From Schmidtea nova (lineage: Eukaryota), in the NCBI GenBank assembly GCA_044892505.1, contig CM097883.1, positions 122,202,001 through 122,266,000 of the forward strand: a stretch of DNA of 64,000 bases. The letters are read 5' to 3'. The notes beneath the pieces are model-generated. The model made no database searches, had not been told where the DNA came from, and saw nothing but the letters and a program-made list of their open reading frames with translations. The translations under genes were made by a program, and so were the position numbers. Numbering within the stretch: the first letter of the stretch is position 1; each line of letters starts with the position of its first letter. Shown piece by piece: positions 21,354-34,209 of the stretch.

Positions 21354-21872
21354 TTAAACATTTATTATGATAACAAATTTTAGATTTTACACAAATGAGA
21401 CGGTTCAACTTGGAACCTGCCATTCAAATCAATAATGTTTTAATGAGACAATTTTCAGTTTTTGTAATATCACATTGCGAAAATATCTGTCTCAAGAAAT
21501 CAAATCTCTTTGAATCTTCTCTGGCATTCTCTGATTTTCATCGGGATATCATTCCGGCTTTGCGATTTCAAGTTGAGAATAGTATCAAAATTGAAGTTCT
21601 CGCAGCTGCATTTTCTTAGCATTTAATAATCAATCAGCAGAAATATTGAATTCTCTGATTTACAGGACAGTTGAATACAATATGATCTCGATGCTAGATA
21701 TTATTTCAAATGCTTTTTTTCTAAATTAAAAATAGAGCAATTCTCTGAATAAAGATTAGGATAATAAACTTTAATGACTTTCAAGGTAGTCAAGAAATGA
21801 CTAACGGAAAAATGAATTACACAAAACAGAAAAATAATGATAATGCTCCCAATTTCGCAATAGAAATAATTT

Positions 21873-24800
21873 TTATGTGGTTGGAAGAAAACCAGTAGCA
21901 TGAAAATGCCATGATTTGGCAGAGTGCGAGATGTTACTAAGCGCACATGCTTTCAATAGATCGGGTATTTTCGAAATCTTTACACCCATTCTTTCAAGAA
22001 CATCATTAGTTGCTGGTGGAACAGATCCTAAAGAACCAATTATACAAGTGTACAAGTCGACTGTAAAGTTTGGTTTAGCTGATTTGATTTTCAATTTTAG
22101 AGATTCATATTTTTCTATATTTCTTTTATTGACATCATCAAAATTTGCTATTGTGTCAAAGGGACACTTTACGTCAACCATGAGAATTGTCTTTTTGTCA
22201 TTGTTGGTAATAATTAAATCAACTCGTTCTTTAGAGTCGCGAACTAACGAACATGCATGGTCCACTACAACAATCAATTTAGGGTCTTTTAAATGTTGAG
22301 TAATCTGTTCGAGACAGTCGTTGTGACGCGAAAGTGCAAGAATTTGATGAACTTTACAATTTTGTAGGACATGTAACAAAGTTTCTTCATCTTTATGACA
22401 ACGTCGACAAATCCTCTCATCAGGTTTTCTATATGGTTTTGCGAAATTAGCTAGAGTGTTTGTTCTGGCACGATGGATGAATTTCCAAGAACCTTCACGC
22501 AATTTCCCTCTAAATATCGCTTTGTTTATGTCGGGAGATAAGCTATATGCTGATGAGCCACTTATGTTACTATTTTTCCATTTAGTAAAATAAGAGTCAT
22601 AGAGAGCAAGGTGCAGAATCTTTGAGATGGCTTTTCGGTTTAAGCACTTCAATATAATTGTGCCATTTGTAATTGTTGTGAGACGAATGATGGGTTCGTT
22701 TTCCAACACTTCAAACGATATTGTTATTTTGTGTGTCTTTTCAAAATATTGAATTGCTGTGCGTGGTCGGTAAAATCGGGTTTTCTTTCCCGAATGTTGT
22801 TTAATCATGTTGGCTCCATTAATCCAACTGAAGCTTTCTTGTAGCGATGGGTTGTTAATTCCAAGTCGAGGCCCAGTTACAAACTTTAGTGAATCTATAT
22901 TTATCTTTTTTGCCAAGGGACAGATTGAAGTAAAAAGTCTAAAGAAATGACTGATGGTTTGTGTGTGATATTCGTCGAGTAGATCAATACAAGAAGCACC
23001 TCCATTTTCAATAGAGTTGTAAAAGTAGCTGATTTCAGAATGATCAGACAAATTCATCATTTTTCTTAAATACTTCCTAAGCTTTGTTGTACTATTACCG
23101 ATATTAGCAGAAAGAGCACTAATTTTAATTTCTCTTGTTCTAAATGGGAAAATTAGACGAGAGTGTATGAAAATCTTGTAAGCTTTCAGCTTTTGCCAGC
23201 CGTACAAGTCTGAGTCGGCAAGTTTCTTGGTATCACTAACCACCTTATCAAGGATGTCATAAGGACTTTGGTCAGGGTCTTCACCTATTGGTACTCCAAG
23301 ATATTCATAAAATTCTTTATTTAATAATTTCTTAATGATTGTATTGTCGACAGTTATCTCACTTGTTGTATTGACACTTGGAAGTTGAATAAATGCACAT
23401 TTTTCTGGTCGATACTCAAAGCCTATTTCAGATGCAGTGTCATGTGCAATGTTTATTATCATTTGCAAGTCCTTAGCATTATTAGCAATAAGAGCAATAT
23501 CGTCAGCATATGCAAGAACTTGGATTGAAGATTCACCAAGTTTAAAAAGATTGACACTTGAAAGACTAACAGCTTGAAGAACAGGATTGATTGCTATTGC
23601 AAACAAGACCATTGAAAGAGGACATCCTTGTTTAACTCCTTGTTTTATTGCAATGTTTGGTGTTACAATCGGACCACAGGTATAGAAGGAGCTAGTTTCA
23701 GTGTACAAAAGTTTCAAAATCTTAGTAAATTTCTCACTCATTCCAATATGACGCAAAATCGCCCACATGTAATCATGAGGTACACTACCAAAAGCGTCCT
23801 TAATGTCAAGAAATGCAATAGCAACAGGTGTATTTTTACTGTATTTCGAGTGTTCAAGACAAGATGAAAGTATGGAATTGTGTTCAACACATCCATCATG
23901 AATAGAACCTCCTTTTTGTCCAACATGAAGAACATTATTTAGATTCACCCACAGTGTCAAACGTCTAGCTAAAATTGATGAGAATAATTTGTAAACAACA
24001 GATAACAAAGCAATTGGACGCCAAGATGAGATTAAAGTGTATTTATCACCCTTGTCGTGTTTAGGAATCATTAACGTTTTGAAGGTTTTCCAAACGTCTG
24101 GAATTGTATTTTCCCTAATGATTTTATTAAATAAAAAGGTCAACAATTTACCCTCTGGATCAAGAATTGCAATGTCTTTATATTGAATTCCATCAAGCCC
24201 AGGAGAAGTATTATCAGCGTTTTTCAACTCATAGAGTACCTCTTTTTCACTGATCAAATTCAGATTTAGAGTATTTAAAGATTTAATTGCAAATTTAAAA
24301 ACTTTGTCATGATTCTTTAAAATAGGATCTCGATGACTAAAATTATCTATGTGATCTTTAATTGTTGGTCTATCCTTTATGTCGTCACTCATAAATATTT
24401 TATTTATTGTCTTTTTCATATTTTTATTAAAAGATGACGCCAAGTTAGTATTAGATGGTTTGTCTTTATTTGTTTTGTTTCCTAAATATGGCCTACGTAA
24501 TTTAGTTAAATTGACTTCTTCTTTACTTTTGGCAATAGTAGTAATAATAAATTCCGTTATTTCGTTAACATTTGAATTTTGTAGATTTAACAAATGCTCA
24601 TTTATCAAAGTTATACGTTGATTTATTTTAAGTTTAACATGTTGCTTTTCAATTTGTAAAGGCGTTAATGGAATTTCCATACATTCTTTTACAGGTGGTA
24701 GGAGAGAATTTACAACATTACCAATGTCATGCAAATTAATGTTTTCAAGAGACAAGTCTAGAGCGTAGTTCTTGATGAAAGCACAGGTGAGAACCCTGCT

Positions 24801-26435
24801 TACAAGACCAGAACCTCGAACATCATGTGGACAATTACCAGTTTTGCTACAAAGACCAGGAGATTCTCGTATTTCATTGACTTTAGTTATTAAAGCTTTA
24901 GCAGTAGATAGGTAAGGAGCATTATTCTCTAAAGTTGTTGGGTTTAATAAATAATGTTCATTATTGTTGTAGTCAATGACAAGCAGGATTTGTTGAGCTT
25001 GTGGTGGAGCAATAATTGAAAAAACAACTTGTGCTTTAGTTAGACGATCAATATTTAAAAAATCATTCAAATATTGAGTGCAGTCATCTAATATTGCAGT
25101 GCAAATGGTATTGTTTAAAAATATGAACCTTTCACACAGATTTAAATTATTAAAATAATTTGTTAAAATATTATTCGTAATTTTAAAATTTAAAAAGTTT
25201 AGATTTAACGCCACTTGATCAAGTATTTTGGAATGAATAGTGTCGAGCTTTTCAATTACTCTATCTCTATTGCAAATAGATCCTGAAATATATTGCTCCA
25301 AAAACATTATGAAAGTCGTGGCATGTTCTATTGGATCATCAGAAAACATTGAAGTTCGAAAAAGAGTATGACGATGTTATTGAAATTTTATTGAATTTTC
25401 TAAGATAAATTTATTTAAATAATCTGTCATATTTTCTCCAATTCCCAGCAGTCTTTCAGTTATATTCGTAGAGCGAACGTCAAAAATATAACTGCAGCCA
25501 AGACTAATTGAACAAAGAAAGAGACACCAATAGTTATCATTTGGAACAATACTGATAATAATGCGAATATCCTTAAATTGTTTAAAAGTAACATTGTCTC
25601 TTATATAAATATTATTTTGATTAATCAAATTAATTGTTAGTTCAGGAGAAAACACAAGCACACTTGGATCATTTTGAAACCACTTATTTAAGAGTGTAGA
25701 AACACAAGCTTTCTCGTTGTTAAGTTTTATTGGTTTAACAATGTTGTTATTTTGGTGAATATTCTTTTTAAGCGCCATTGCTTTATTTAAATTAATTTTA
25801 TTAAGAAAATGATTCTTTGGCAATCCACCACCCGATAATTTGACATTGTGATTTGATTGACCTTTTTTAAAATCGTGGATCTGTTTTCTAATGTTCAAGA
25901 TAAAATCATCAGGTAAACATTCCCATTCTCCACTAACAATCATTGCGTATGCACAAATAAAAGGTCCACAATCAAAATCATTATTTTGATATTTGAGATT
26001 TTTAATTGGATTGTCAGTTATTTGGTTGTGACGTTTGAATTTATTATTTAATACTGAGTTTATTTTTAGAGCATTAACTTTGCTGTCTAATCTATTCCTA
26101 TAATTAAAGATTGGATCAATAAAATAAGACGTCAAAGAAGTCTTGCAATAAACAAACAAGACCCAATGGCAATTATTAATATTGAGAGGACACAATATTA
26201 CTTGGGATTCAAAAATTGTTTGAGGTATCGGAAAAATATCATCGGTCATATTTGAGCATAAAATACTTACAACAAAACATTTAATGAAAGCAAAACTAGG
26301 GTTGCTGATGTGACTTTCAAAGAAATAGTCAATGTCATCATCAGTGAACCAACATTTTAAATCATGAATGTCAAGAGTGCATTCTGCATCAGTCTCGTCA
26401 GACAATGCAGTACATGTAGAGGCTGATGCAGGCAC
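21873..26435 (-). pseudogene. ORF2 of copy 2, split by Q353*
   Basis: Track ORFs of 352 aa and 1158 aa are in the same frame; copy 1 has CAA at the equivalent position 3952-3954. Confidence 0.9.
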
Positions 26436-26441
26436 ATCCCA

Positions 26442-28862
26442 TCATTTGGTGATCGCCTTTGATAGTTTATGGTCTTTTCTAGTAGTCATTTTTCTAATGT
26501 CTGTATTTTTAGGTGGTAAACAAGATGTAGACTGCGCATCAATATCAGTTTCTAAGAGAGCCGATTTAATGATACCTGTATTATTTGAATCTGCGACATT
26601 GGAGCTAACGCTAACATCTTTACAAGTGTCTTTAGAAATTTCAATAACATCAACAGATTCACTACTAGTCAGAAGATTTTCAAGAGAGTCAACAAGATCA
26701 AAGATAACTGAAGTCATTTCAGCATTACAAATTTTACGACATTTAATCGGAACATGAAAATAATCTATGTTCTTATTCAAAAATCTTTTCTTGTCTCTTA
26801 TTATAAAGTATATCAGTCGTTTAGCCTTGATTATGTTAATGTCATCACACTCAGAACGGAATTCATTTATGTGTGAAAAGACAGAGTCTATTGCATTCAG
26901 TTGGTTACTTTTTTGGGGAAACAAGTTATTAATTAATTTTAAAAATTTATTAATTCTTTTAATTGTATCTTGTGAAATTATATTTTTTAATTTATCAATC
27001 TCACAGGTCAGCATCCATTGTTTGAATTTTATAAGTTTTTCCTGACAACTAATTCTAAAGTATGAAGACAAAGGTATTTTATCAACAAATTCAGAGCCCC
27101 ACACTTCAAAAGAGTCAATAGTCAAGGAATCGCATTTAACACAGTCTATAACTGAATGAATAAGTAAGGAATTACGGAAATAATTGACAACATAATTATC
27201 ATAATTTATATTTCTTGAATATTTAATATTACTTTTTAAGTTTAAATAATTAAGATAGTAAATTAATTCCACAATCTTAATAGGAGAAGCGGGTAATGAT
27301 AAAAGTTGATCTAAATGCTTATCAGTTCTACACATTTCATGCAAATCAAATAACCCAATATTAAACATTATATCAGAGGCATTGCTAGAATCAGCTTCTT
27401 TCATCGCAGATTTACAATCAACAGTAAATTTACCATCTATAAATGAAATGTTCTTTGGAAAATCCTTATTTAATTTTAAACTATTAATTAAATTAATTAA
27501 TTTATCAGGATTTTTTGAAATATTTTCAATAAAAATCATTTCTTTTAGTTCAGGGTAATCGAGATAGAGTTTATTTATTTGTGATCTTGTAAGATTATTT
27601 GAAATTAATTCAAAACCAGCATTATGACAATTATCAGAAGTGGAAAAGTCTTTCATTATAAAGTCACCGTCAACATACCTTATTTCTGATTTAACAAGAA
27701 AGTCTGGCAATTGTTTTTGCAATTTTAACAAATCTAAGGCTTTATTAATAACGCTTCCCTTTTGAATTTCATTTTTAATAGAGACAGTTTCTGCCAATTT
27801 GCTTGAGAGAGCAAATAAAAATTTTTTTATTTCTAAAGGTGCAGGAATGAGGTTAGATGTAAAATTATCGGTAGAAATAATATCCGAAATAAATGTTTTT
27901 TTCTTATTTAAAATATTAAGGTTTTGAGGAAGTTGATTAGAGTTAGCCATTTTATTACTATTTAATTTAATCGAAGCACAAAAATTATTGTTTCGATAAA
28001 ATATGTGATCAAAATCCTCAACAAACTTAAAATTTGAATTATTTATTAAAGAAAGTTCATAATTTATACGATCATATTTATTTACGGATTTCTTTAATTT
28101 TAATAGTTCTTTTAAACGTGGAAAATTATTAATTAAATTGGTACGCTCATTTTTAGTTAAAATCCGGGGTAAAAAATCAAATTTAAATTCATCAATTTTA
28201 ACATTTCTTTTCCCCTTATTTAGTGAAATTTTAACAGATTTTTTAATTAAAGTTTTACTAAAACTATCATCAGAAACTAGGTCTAAATTTTGACCGTCTG
28301 CTTCAGCGTAAGATTTATCAGAAGGTTTTGGTATATCATTTATATCATTAGAATTATTATTTAATTTTATATTACTATTTAATTTAGAAATATGATTATT
28401 TTTATTATTATTAAAATTATGAAAATTAGGAGCATTATCAAAATTATTAACGTTTAAAGAATTCAAGATTCCAACAATCAAATCAAGTTTACCCTGAAAA
28501 TCAACAAAGTTCTTCTCCAGAGCAACCATTCGTTTGAAAAGTCCGTCATCAGAAGTTGGAGGAAAAGAAATTCCATCTGATTTTTCAGGCAAAACATCCA
28601 TTTTAGATTGTGTCTTGGGTAAATAATTTGCCTGAAAAGCATTGAAATTTCTCTCAAGAATCTCCACTCGTCTGCCAGGTTCATCTTTAAGCATAGAGAT
28701 TTTTTCTGATCTTTTCTTTAAAATATCCATAAGACATTGAGAAGATTGAATTTGTCTTCTCAGAAAATCAACGATTAGCATATTTTCATTTAGATTTGAC
28801 TGATTACACAATAAATCATCAGGGTGACTCTGATTGGCCGATTGCATAATTCCAGTGTGCAT
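26442..28862 (-). CDS. ORF1 of copy 2 (806 aa)
   Basis: Near-identical to 5017-7437. Confidence 0.8.
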   Translation of the reverse strand: MHTGIMQSANQSHPDDLLCNQSNLNENMLIVDFLRRQIQSSQCLMDILKKRSEKISMLKDEPGRRVEILERNFNAFQANYLPKTQSKMDVLPEKSDGISFPPTSDDGLFKRMVALEKNFVDFQGKLDLIVGILNSLNVNNFDNAPNFHNFNNNKNNHISKLNSNIKLNNNSNDINDIPKPSDKSYAEADGQNLDLVSDDSFSKTLIKKSVKISLNKGKRNVKIDEFKFDFLPRILTKNERTNLINNFPRLKELLKLKKSVNKYDRINYELSLINNSNFKFVEDFDHIFYRNNNFCASIKLNSNKMANSNQLPQNLNILNKKKTFISDIISTDNFTSNLIPAPLEIKKFLFALSSKLAETVSIKNEIQKGSVINKALDLLKLQKQLPDFLVKSEIRYVDGDFIMKDFSTSDNCHNAGFELISNNLTRSQINKLYLDYPELKEMIFIENISKNPDKLINLINSLKLNKDFPKNISFIDGKFTVDCKSAMKEADSSNASDIMFNIGLFDLHEMCRTDKHLDQLLSLPASPIKIVELIYYLNYLNLKSNIKYSRNINYDNYVVNYFRNSLLIHSVIDCVKCDSLTIDSFEVWGSEFVDKIPLSSYFRISCQEKLIKFKQWMLTCEIDKLKNIISQDTIKRINKFLKLINNLFPQKSNQLNAIDSVFSHINEFRSECDDINIIKAKRLIYFIIRDKKRFLNKNIDYFHVPIKCRKICNAEMTSVIFDLVDSLENLLTSSESVDVIEISKDTCKDVSVSSNVADSNNTGIIKSALLETDIDAQSTSCLPPKNTDIRKMTTRKDHKLSKAITK

Positions 28863-28894
28863 GATTGAGTAGAATTATTTTCCTTTTTCAACGA

Positions 28895-29160
28895 TTTACT
28901 AGACCAGTGCTCTAACCACTGAGCTACGAAGGCTTGAAATTTGAGAGATTTGGATATAAATCTCTAAATTGGCATTCTGTACCGAAAAAATCAAAATCCA
29001 ACCGATACACAAGTGTCGGACAATCAATAGGATTATTGTGTATAAATTTTTCTAATACGAGAAACAAAAACGGACAAGATTAATGTTGATGTCATAAAAT
29101 TTATTTAGGAAAAAAGTTGCCTTCGGTGAGAATTGAACTCACGACCCCTGGTTTACTAGA
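28895..29160 (-). repeat. Single array spacer between copies 2 and 3, carrying two tRNA halves; same 266-bp block at 36663-36928 and 44432-44697
   Basis: One 257-bp unit plus the 9-bp TSD, beginning and ending with tttactaga. Confidence 0.93.
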
Positions 29161-29641
29161 TTAAACATTTATTATGATAACAAATTTTAGATTTTACACA
29201 AATGAGACGGTTCAACTTGGAACCTGCCATTCAAATCAATAATGTTTTAATGAGACAATTTTCAGTTTTTGTAATATCACATTGCGAAAATATCTGTCTC
29301 AAGAAATCAAATCTCTTTGAATCTTCTCTGGCATTCTCTGATTTTCATCGGGATATCATTCCGGCTTTGCGATTTCAAGTTGAGAATAGTATCAAAATTG
29401 AAGTTCTCGCAGCTGCATTTTTCTGATTTACAGGACAGTTGAATACAATATGATCTCGATGCTAGATATTATTTCAAATGCTTTTTTTCTAAATTAAAAA
29501 TAGAGCAATTCTCTGAATAAAGATTAGGATAATAAACTTTAATGACTTTCAAGGTAGTCAAGAAATGACTAACGGAAAAAATGAATTACACAAAACAGAA
29601 AAATAATGGTAATGCTCCTAATTTCGCAATAAAAATAATTT

Positions 29642-32600
29642 TTATGTGGTTGGAAGAAAACCAGTAGCATGAAAATGCCATGTTTTGGCAGAGTGCGAGA
29701 TGTTACTAAGCGCACATGCTTTCAATAGATCGGGTATTTTCGAAATCTTTACACCCATTTTTTCAAGAACATCATTAGTTGCTGGTGGAACAGATCCTAA
29801 AGAACCAATTATACAAGTGTACAAGTCAACTGTAAAGTTTGGTTTAGCTGATTTGATTTTCAATTTTAGAGATTCATATTTTTCTATATTTCTTTTATTG
29901 ACATCATCAAAATTTGCTATTGTGTCAAAGGGACACTTTACGTCAACCATGAGAATTGTCTTTTTGTCATTGTTGGTAATAATTAAATCAACTCGTTCTT
30001 TAGAGTCGCGAACTAACGAACATGCATGGTCCACTACAACAATCAATTTAGGGTCTTTTAAATGTTGAGTAATCTGTTCGAGACAGTCGTTGTGACGCGA
30101 AAGTGCAAGAATTTGATGAACTTTACAATTTTGTAGGACATGTAACAAAGTTTCTTCATCTTTATGACAACGTCGACAAATCCTCTCATCAGGTTTTCTA
30201 TATGGTTTTGCGAAATTAGCTAGAGTATTTGTTCTTGCACGATGGATGAATTTCCAAGAACCTTCACGCAATTTCCCTCTAAATATCGCTTTGTTTATGT
30301 CGGGAGATAAGCTATATGCTGATGACCCACTTATGTTACTATTTTTCCATTTAGTAAAATAAGAGTCATAGAGAGCAAGGTGCAAAATCTTTGAGATGGC
30401 TTTTCGGTTTAAGCACTTCAATATAATTGTGCCATTTGTAATTGTTGTGAGACGAATGATGGGTTCGTTTTCCAACACTTCAAACGATATTGTTATTTTG
30501 TGTGTCTTTTCAAAATATTGAATTGCTGTGCGTGGTCGGTAAAATCGGGTTTTCTTTCCCGAATGTTGTTTAATCATGTTGGCTCCATTAATCCAACTGA
30601 AGCTTTCTTGTAGCGATGGGTTGTTAATTCCAAGTCGAGGCCCAGTTACAAACTTTAGTGAATCTATATTTATCTTTTTTGCCAAGGGACAGATTGAAGT
30701 AAAAAGTCTAAAGAAATGACTGATGGTTTGTGTGTGATATTCGTCGAGTAGATCAATACAAGAAGCACCTCCATTTTCAATAGAGTTGTAAAAGTAGCTG
30801 ATTTCAGAATGATCAGACAAATTCATCATTTTTCTTAAATACTTCCTAAGCTTTGTTGTACTATTACCGATATTAGCAGAAAGAGCACTAATTTTAATTT
30901 CTCTTGTTCTAAATGGGAAAATTAGACGAGAGTGTATGAAAATCTTGTAAGCTTTCAGCTTTTGCCAGCCGTACAAGTCTGAGTCGGCAAGTTTCTTGGT
31001 ATCACTAACCACCTTATCAAGGATGTCATAAGGACTTTGGTCAGGGTCTTCACCTATTGGTACTCCAAGATATTCATAAAATTCTTTATTTAATAATTTC
31101 TTAATGATTGTATTGTCGACAGTTATCTCACTTGTTGTATTGACACTTGGAAGTTGAATAAATGCACATTTTTCTGGTCGATACTCAAAGCCTATTTCAG
31201 ATGCAGTGTCATGTGCAATGTTTATTATCATTTGCAAGTCCTTAGCATTATTAGCAATAAGAGCAATATCGTCAGCATATGCAAGAACTTGGATTGAAGA
31301 TTCACCAAGTTTAAAAAGATTGACACTTGAAAGACTAACAGCTTGAAGAACAGGATTGATTGCTATTGCAAACAAGACCATTGAAAGAGGACATCCTTGT
31401 TTAACTCCTTGTTTTATTGCAATGTTTGGTGTTACAATCGGACCACAGGTATAGAAGGAGCTAGTTTCAGTGTACAAAAGTTTCAAAATCTTAGTAAATT
31501 TCTCACTCATTCCAATATGACGCAAAATCGCCCACATGTAATCATGAGGTACACTACCAAAAGCGTCCTTAATGTCAAGAAATGCAATAGCAACAGGTGT
31601 ATTTTTACTGTATTTCGAGTGTTCAAGACAAGATGAAAGTATGGAATTGTGTTCAACACATCCATCATGAATAGAACCTCCTTTTGTCCAACATGAAGAA
31701 CATTATTTAGATTCACCCACAGTGTCAAACGTCTAGCTAAAATTGATGAGAATAATTTGTAAACAACAGATAACAAAGCAATTGGACGCCAAGATGAGAT
31801 TAAAGTGTATTTATCACCCTTGTCGTGTTTAGGAATCATTAACGTTTTGAAGGTTTTCCAAACGTCTGGAATTGTATTTTCCCTAATGATTTTATTAAAT
31901 AAAAAGGTCAACAATTTACCCTCTGGATCAAGAATTGCAATGTCTTTATATTGAATTCCATCAAGCCCAGGAGAAGTATTATCAGCGTTTTTCAACTCAT
32001 AGAGTACCTCTTTTTCACTGATCAAATTCAGATTTAGAGTATTTAAAGATTTAATTGCAAATTTAAAAACTTTGTCATGATTCTTTAAAATAGGATCTCG
32101 ATGACTAAAATTATCTATGTGATCTTTAATTGTTGGTCTATCCTTTATGTCGTCACTCATAAATATTTTATTTATTGTCTTTTTCATATTTTTATTAAAA
32201 GATGACGCCAAGTTAGTATTAGATGGTTTGTCTTTATTTGTTTTGTTTCCTAAATATGGCCTACGTAATTTAGTTAAATTGACTTCTTCTTTACTTTTGG
32301 CAATAGTAGTAATAATAAATTCCGTTATTTCGTTAACATTTGAATTTTGTAGATTTAACAAATGCTCATTTATCAAAGTTATACGTTGATTTATTTTAAG
32401 TTTAACATGTTGCTTTTCAATTTGTAAAGGCGTTAATGGAATTTCCATACATTCTTTTACAGGTGGTAGGAGAGAATTTACAACATTACCAATGTCATGC
32501 AAATTAATGTTTTCAAGAGACAAGTCTAGAGCGTAGTTCTTGATGAAAGCACAGGTGAGAACCCTGCTTACAAGACCAGAACCTCGAACATCATGTGGAC

Positions 32601-34203
32601 AATTACCAGTTTTGCTACAAAGACCAGGAGATTCTCGTATTTCATTGACTTTAGTTATTAAAGCTTTAGCAGTAGATAGGTAAGGAGCATTATTCTCTAA
32701 AGTTGTTGGGTTTAATAAATAATGTTCATTATTGTTGTAGTCAATGACAAGCAGGATTTGTTGAGCTTGTGGTGGAGCAATAATTGAAAAAACAACTTGT
32801 GCTTTAGTTAGACGATCAATATTTAAAAAATCATTCAAATATTGAGTGCAGTCATCTAATATTGCAGTGCAAATGGTATTGTTTAAAAATATGAAACTTT
32901 CACACAGATTTAAATTATTAAAATAATTTGTTAAAATATTATTCGTAATTTTAAAATTTAAAAAGTTTAGATTTAATGCCACTTGACCAAGTATTTTGGA
33001 ATGAATAGTGTCGAGCTTTTCAATTACTCTATCTCTATTGCAAATAGATCCTGAAATATATTGCTCCAAAAACATTATGAAAGTCGTGGCATGTTCTATT
33101 GGATCATCAGAAAACATTGAAGTTCGAAAAAGAGTATGACGATGTTATTGAAATTTTATTGAATTTTCTAAGATAAATTTATTTAAATAATCTGTCATAT
33201 TTTCTCCAATTCCCAGCAGTCTTTCAGTTATATTCGTAGAGCGAACGTCAAAAATATAACTGCAGCCAAGACTAATTGAACAAAGAAAGAGACACCAATA
33301 GTTATCATTTGGAACAATACTGATAATAATGCGAATATCCTTAAATTGTTTAAAAGTAACATTGTCTCTTATATAAATATTATTTTGATTAATCAAATTA
33401 ATTGTTAGTTCAGGAGAAAACACAAGCACACTTGGATCATTTTGAAACCACTTATTTAAGAGTGTAGAAACACAAGCTTTCTCGTTGTTAAGTTTTATTG
33501 GTTTAACAATGTTGTTATTTTGGTGAATATTCTTTTTAAGCGCCATTGCTTTATTTAAATTAATTTTATTAAGAAAATGATTCTTTGGCAATCCACCACC
33601 CGATAATTTGACATTGTGATTTGATTGACCTTTTTTAAAATCGTGGATCTGTTTTCTAATGTTCAAGATAAAATCATCAGGTAAACATTCCCATTCTCCA
33701 CTAACAATCATTGCGTATGCACAAATAAAAGGTCCACAATCAAAATCATTATTTTGATATTTGAGATTTTTAATTGGATTGTCAGTTATTTGGTTGTGAC
33801 GTTTGAATTTATTATTTAATACTGAGTTTATTTTTAGAGCATTAACTTTGCTGTCTAATCTATTCCTATAATTAAAGATTGGATCAATAAAATAAGACGT
33901 CAAAGAAGTCTTGCAATAAACAAACAAGACCCAATGGCAATTATTAATATTGAGAGGACACAATATTACTTGGGATTCAAAAATTGTTTGAGGTATCGGA
34001 AAAATATCATCGGTCATATTTGAGCATAAAATACTTACAACAAAACATTTAATGAAAGCAAAACTAGGGTTGCTGATGTGACTTTCAAAGAAATAGTCAA
34101 TGTCATCATCAGTGAACCAACATTTTAAATCATGAATGTCAAGAGTGCATTCTGCATCAGTCTCGTCAGACAATGCAGTACATGTAGAGGCTGATGCAGG
34201 CAC
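29642..34203 (-). pseudogene. ORF2 of copy 3, three fragments
   Basis: 352, 536 and 631 aa track ORFs. Confidence 0.9.
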
Positions 34204-34209
34204 ATCCCA

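Larger units (their letters stand above)
21354..28894 (-). mobile_element. Retrotransposon copy 2, full length (7541 bp), ORF2 nonsense mutant
   Basis: Flanked by tttactaga at 21345-21353 and 28895-28903; CAA>TAA at 25377-25379. Confidence 0.95.

Noticed and set aside
21354-28894. Element acting as a removable tRNA intron, since both halves keep the anticodon loop
   Set aside because: 7.5 kb with many T-runs cannot be transcribed by Pol III; no group I/II or bulge-helix features were seen; a TSD explains the duplication
31682-31685. Programmed frameshift in copy 3 RT
   Set aside because: Single-copy loss of one T in a homopolymer; a mutation or sequencing error is more likely
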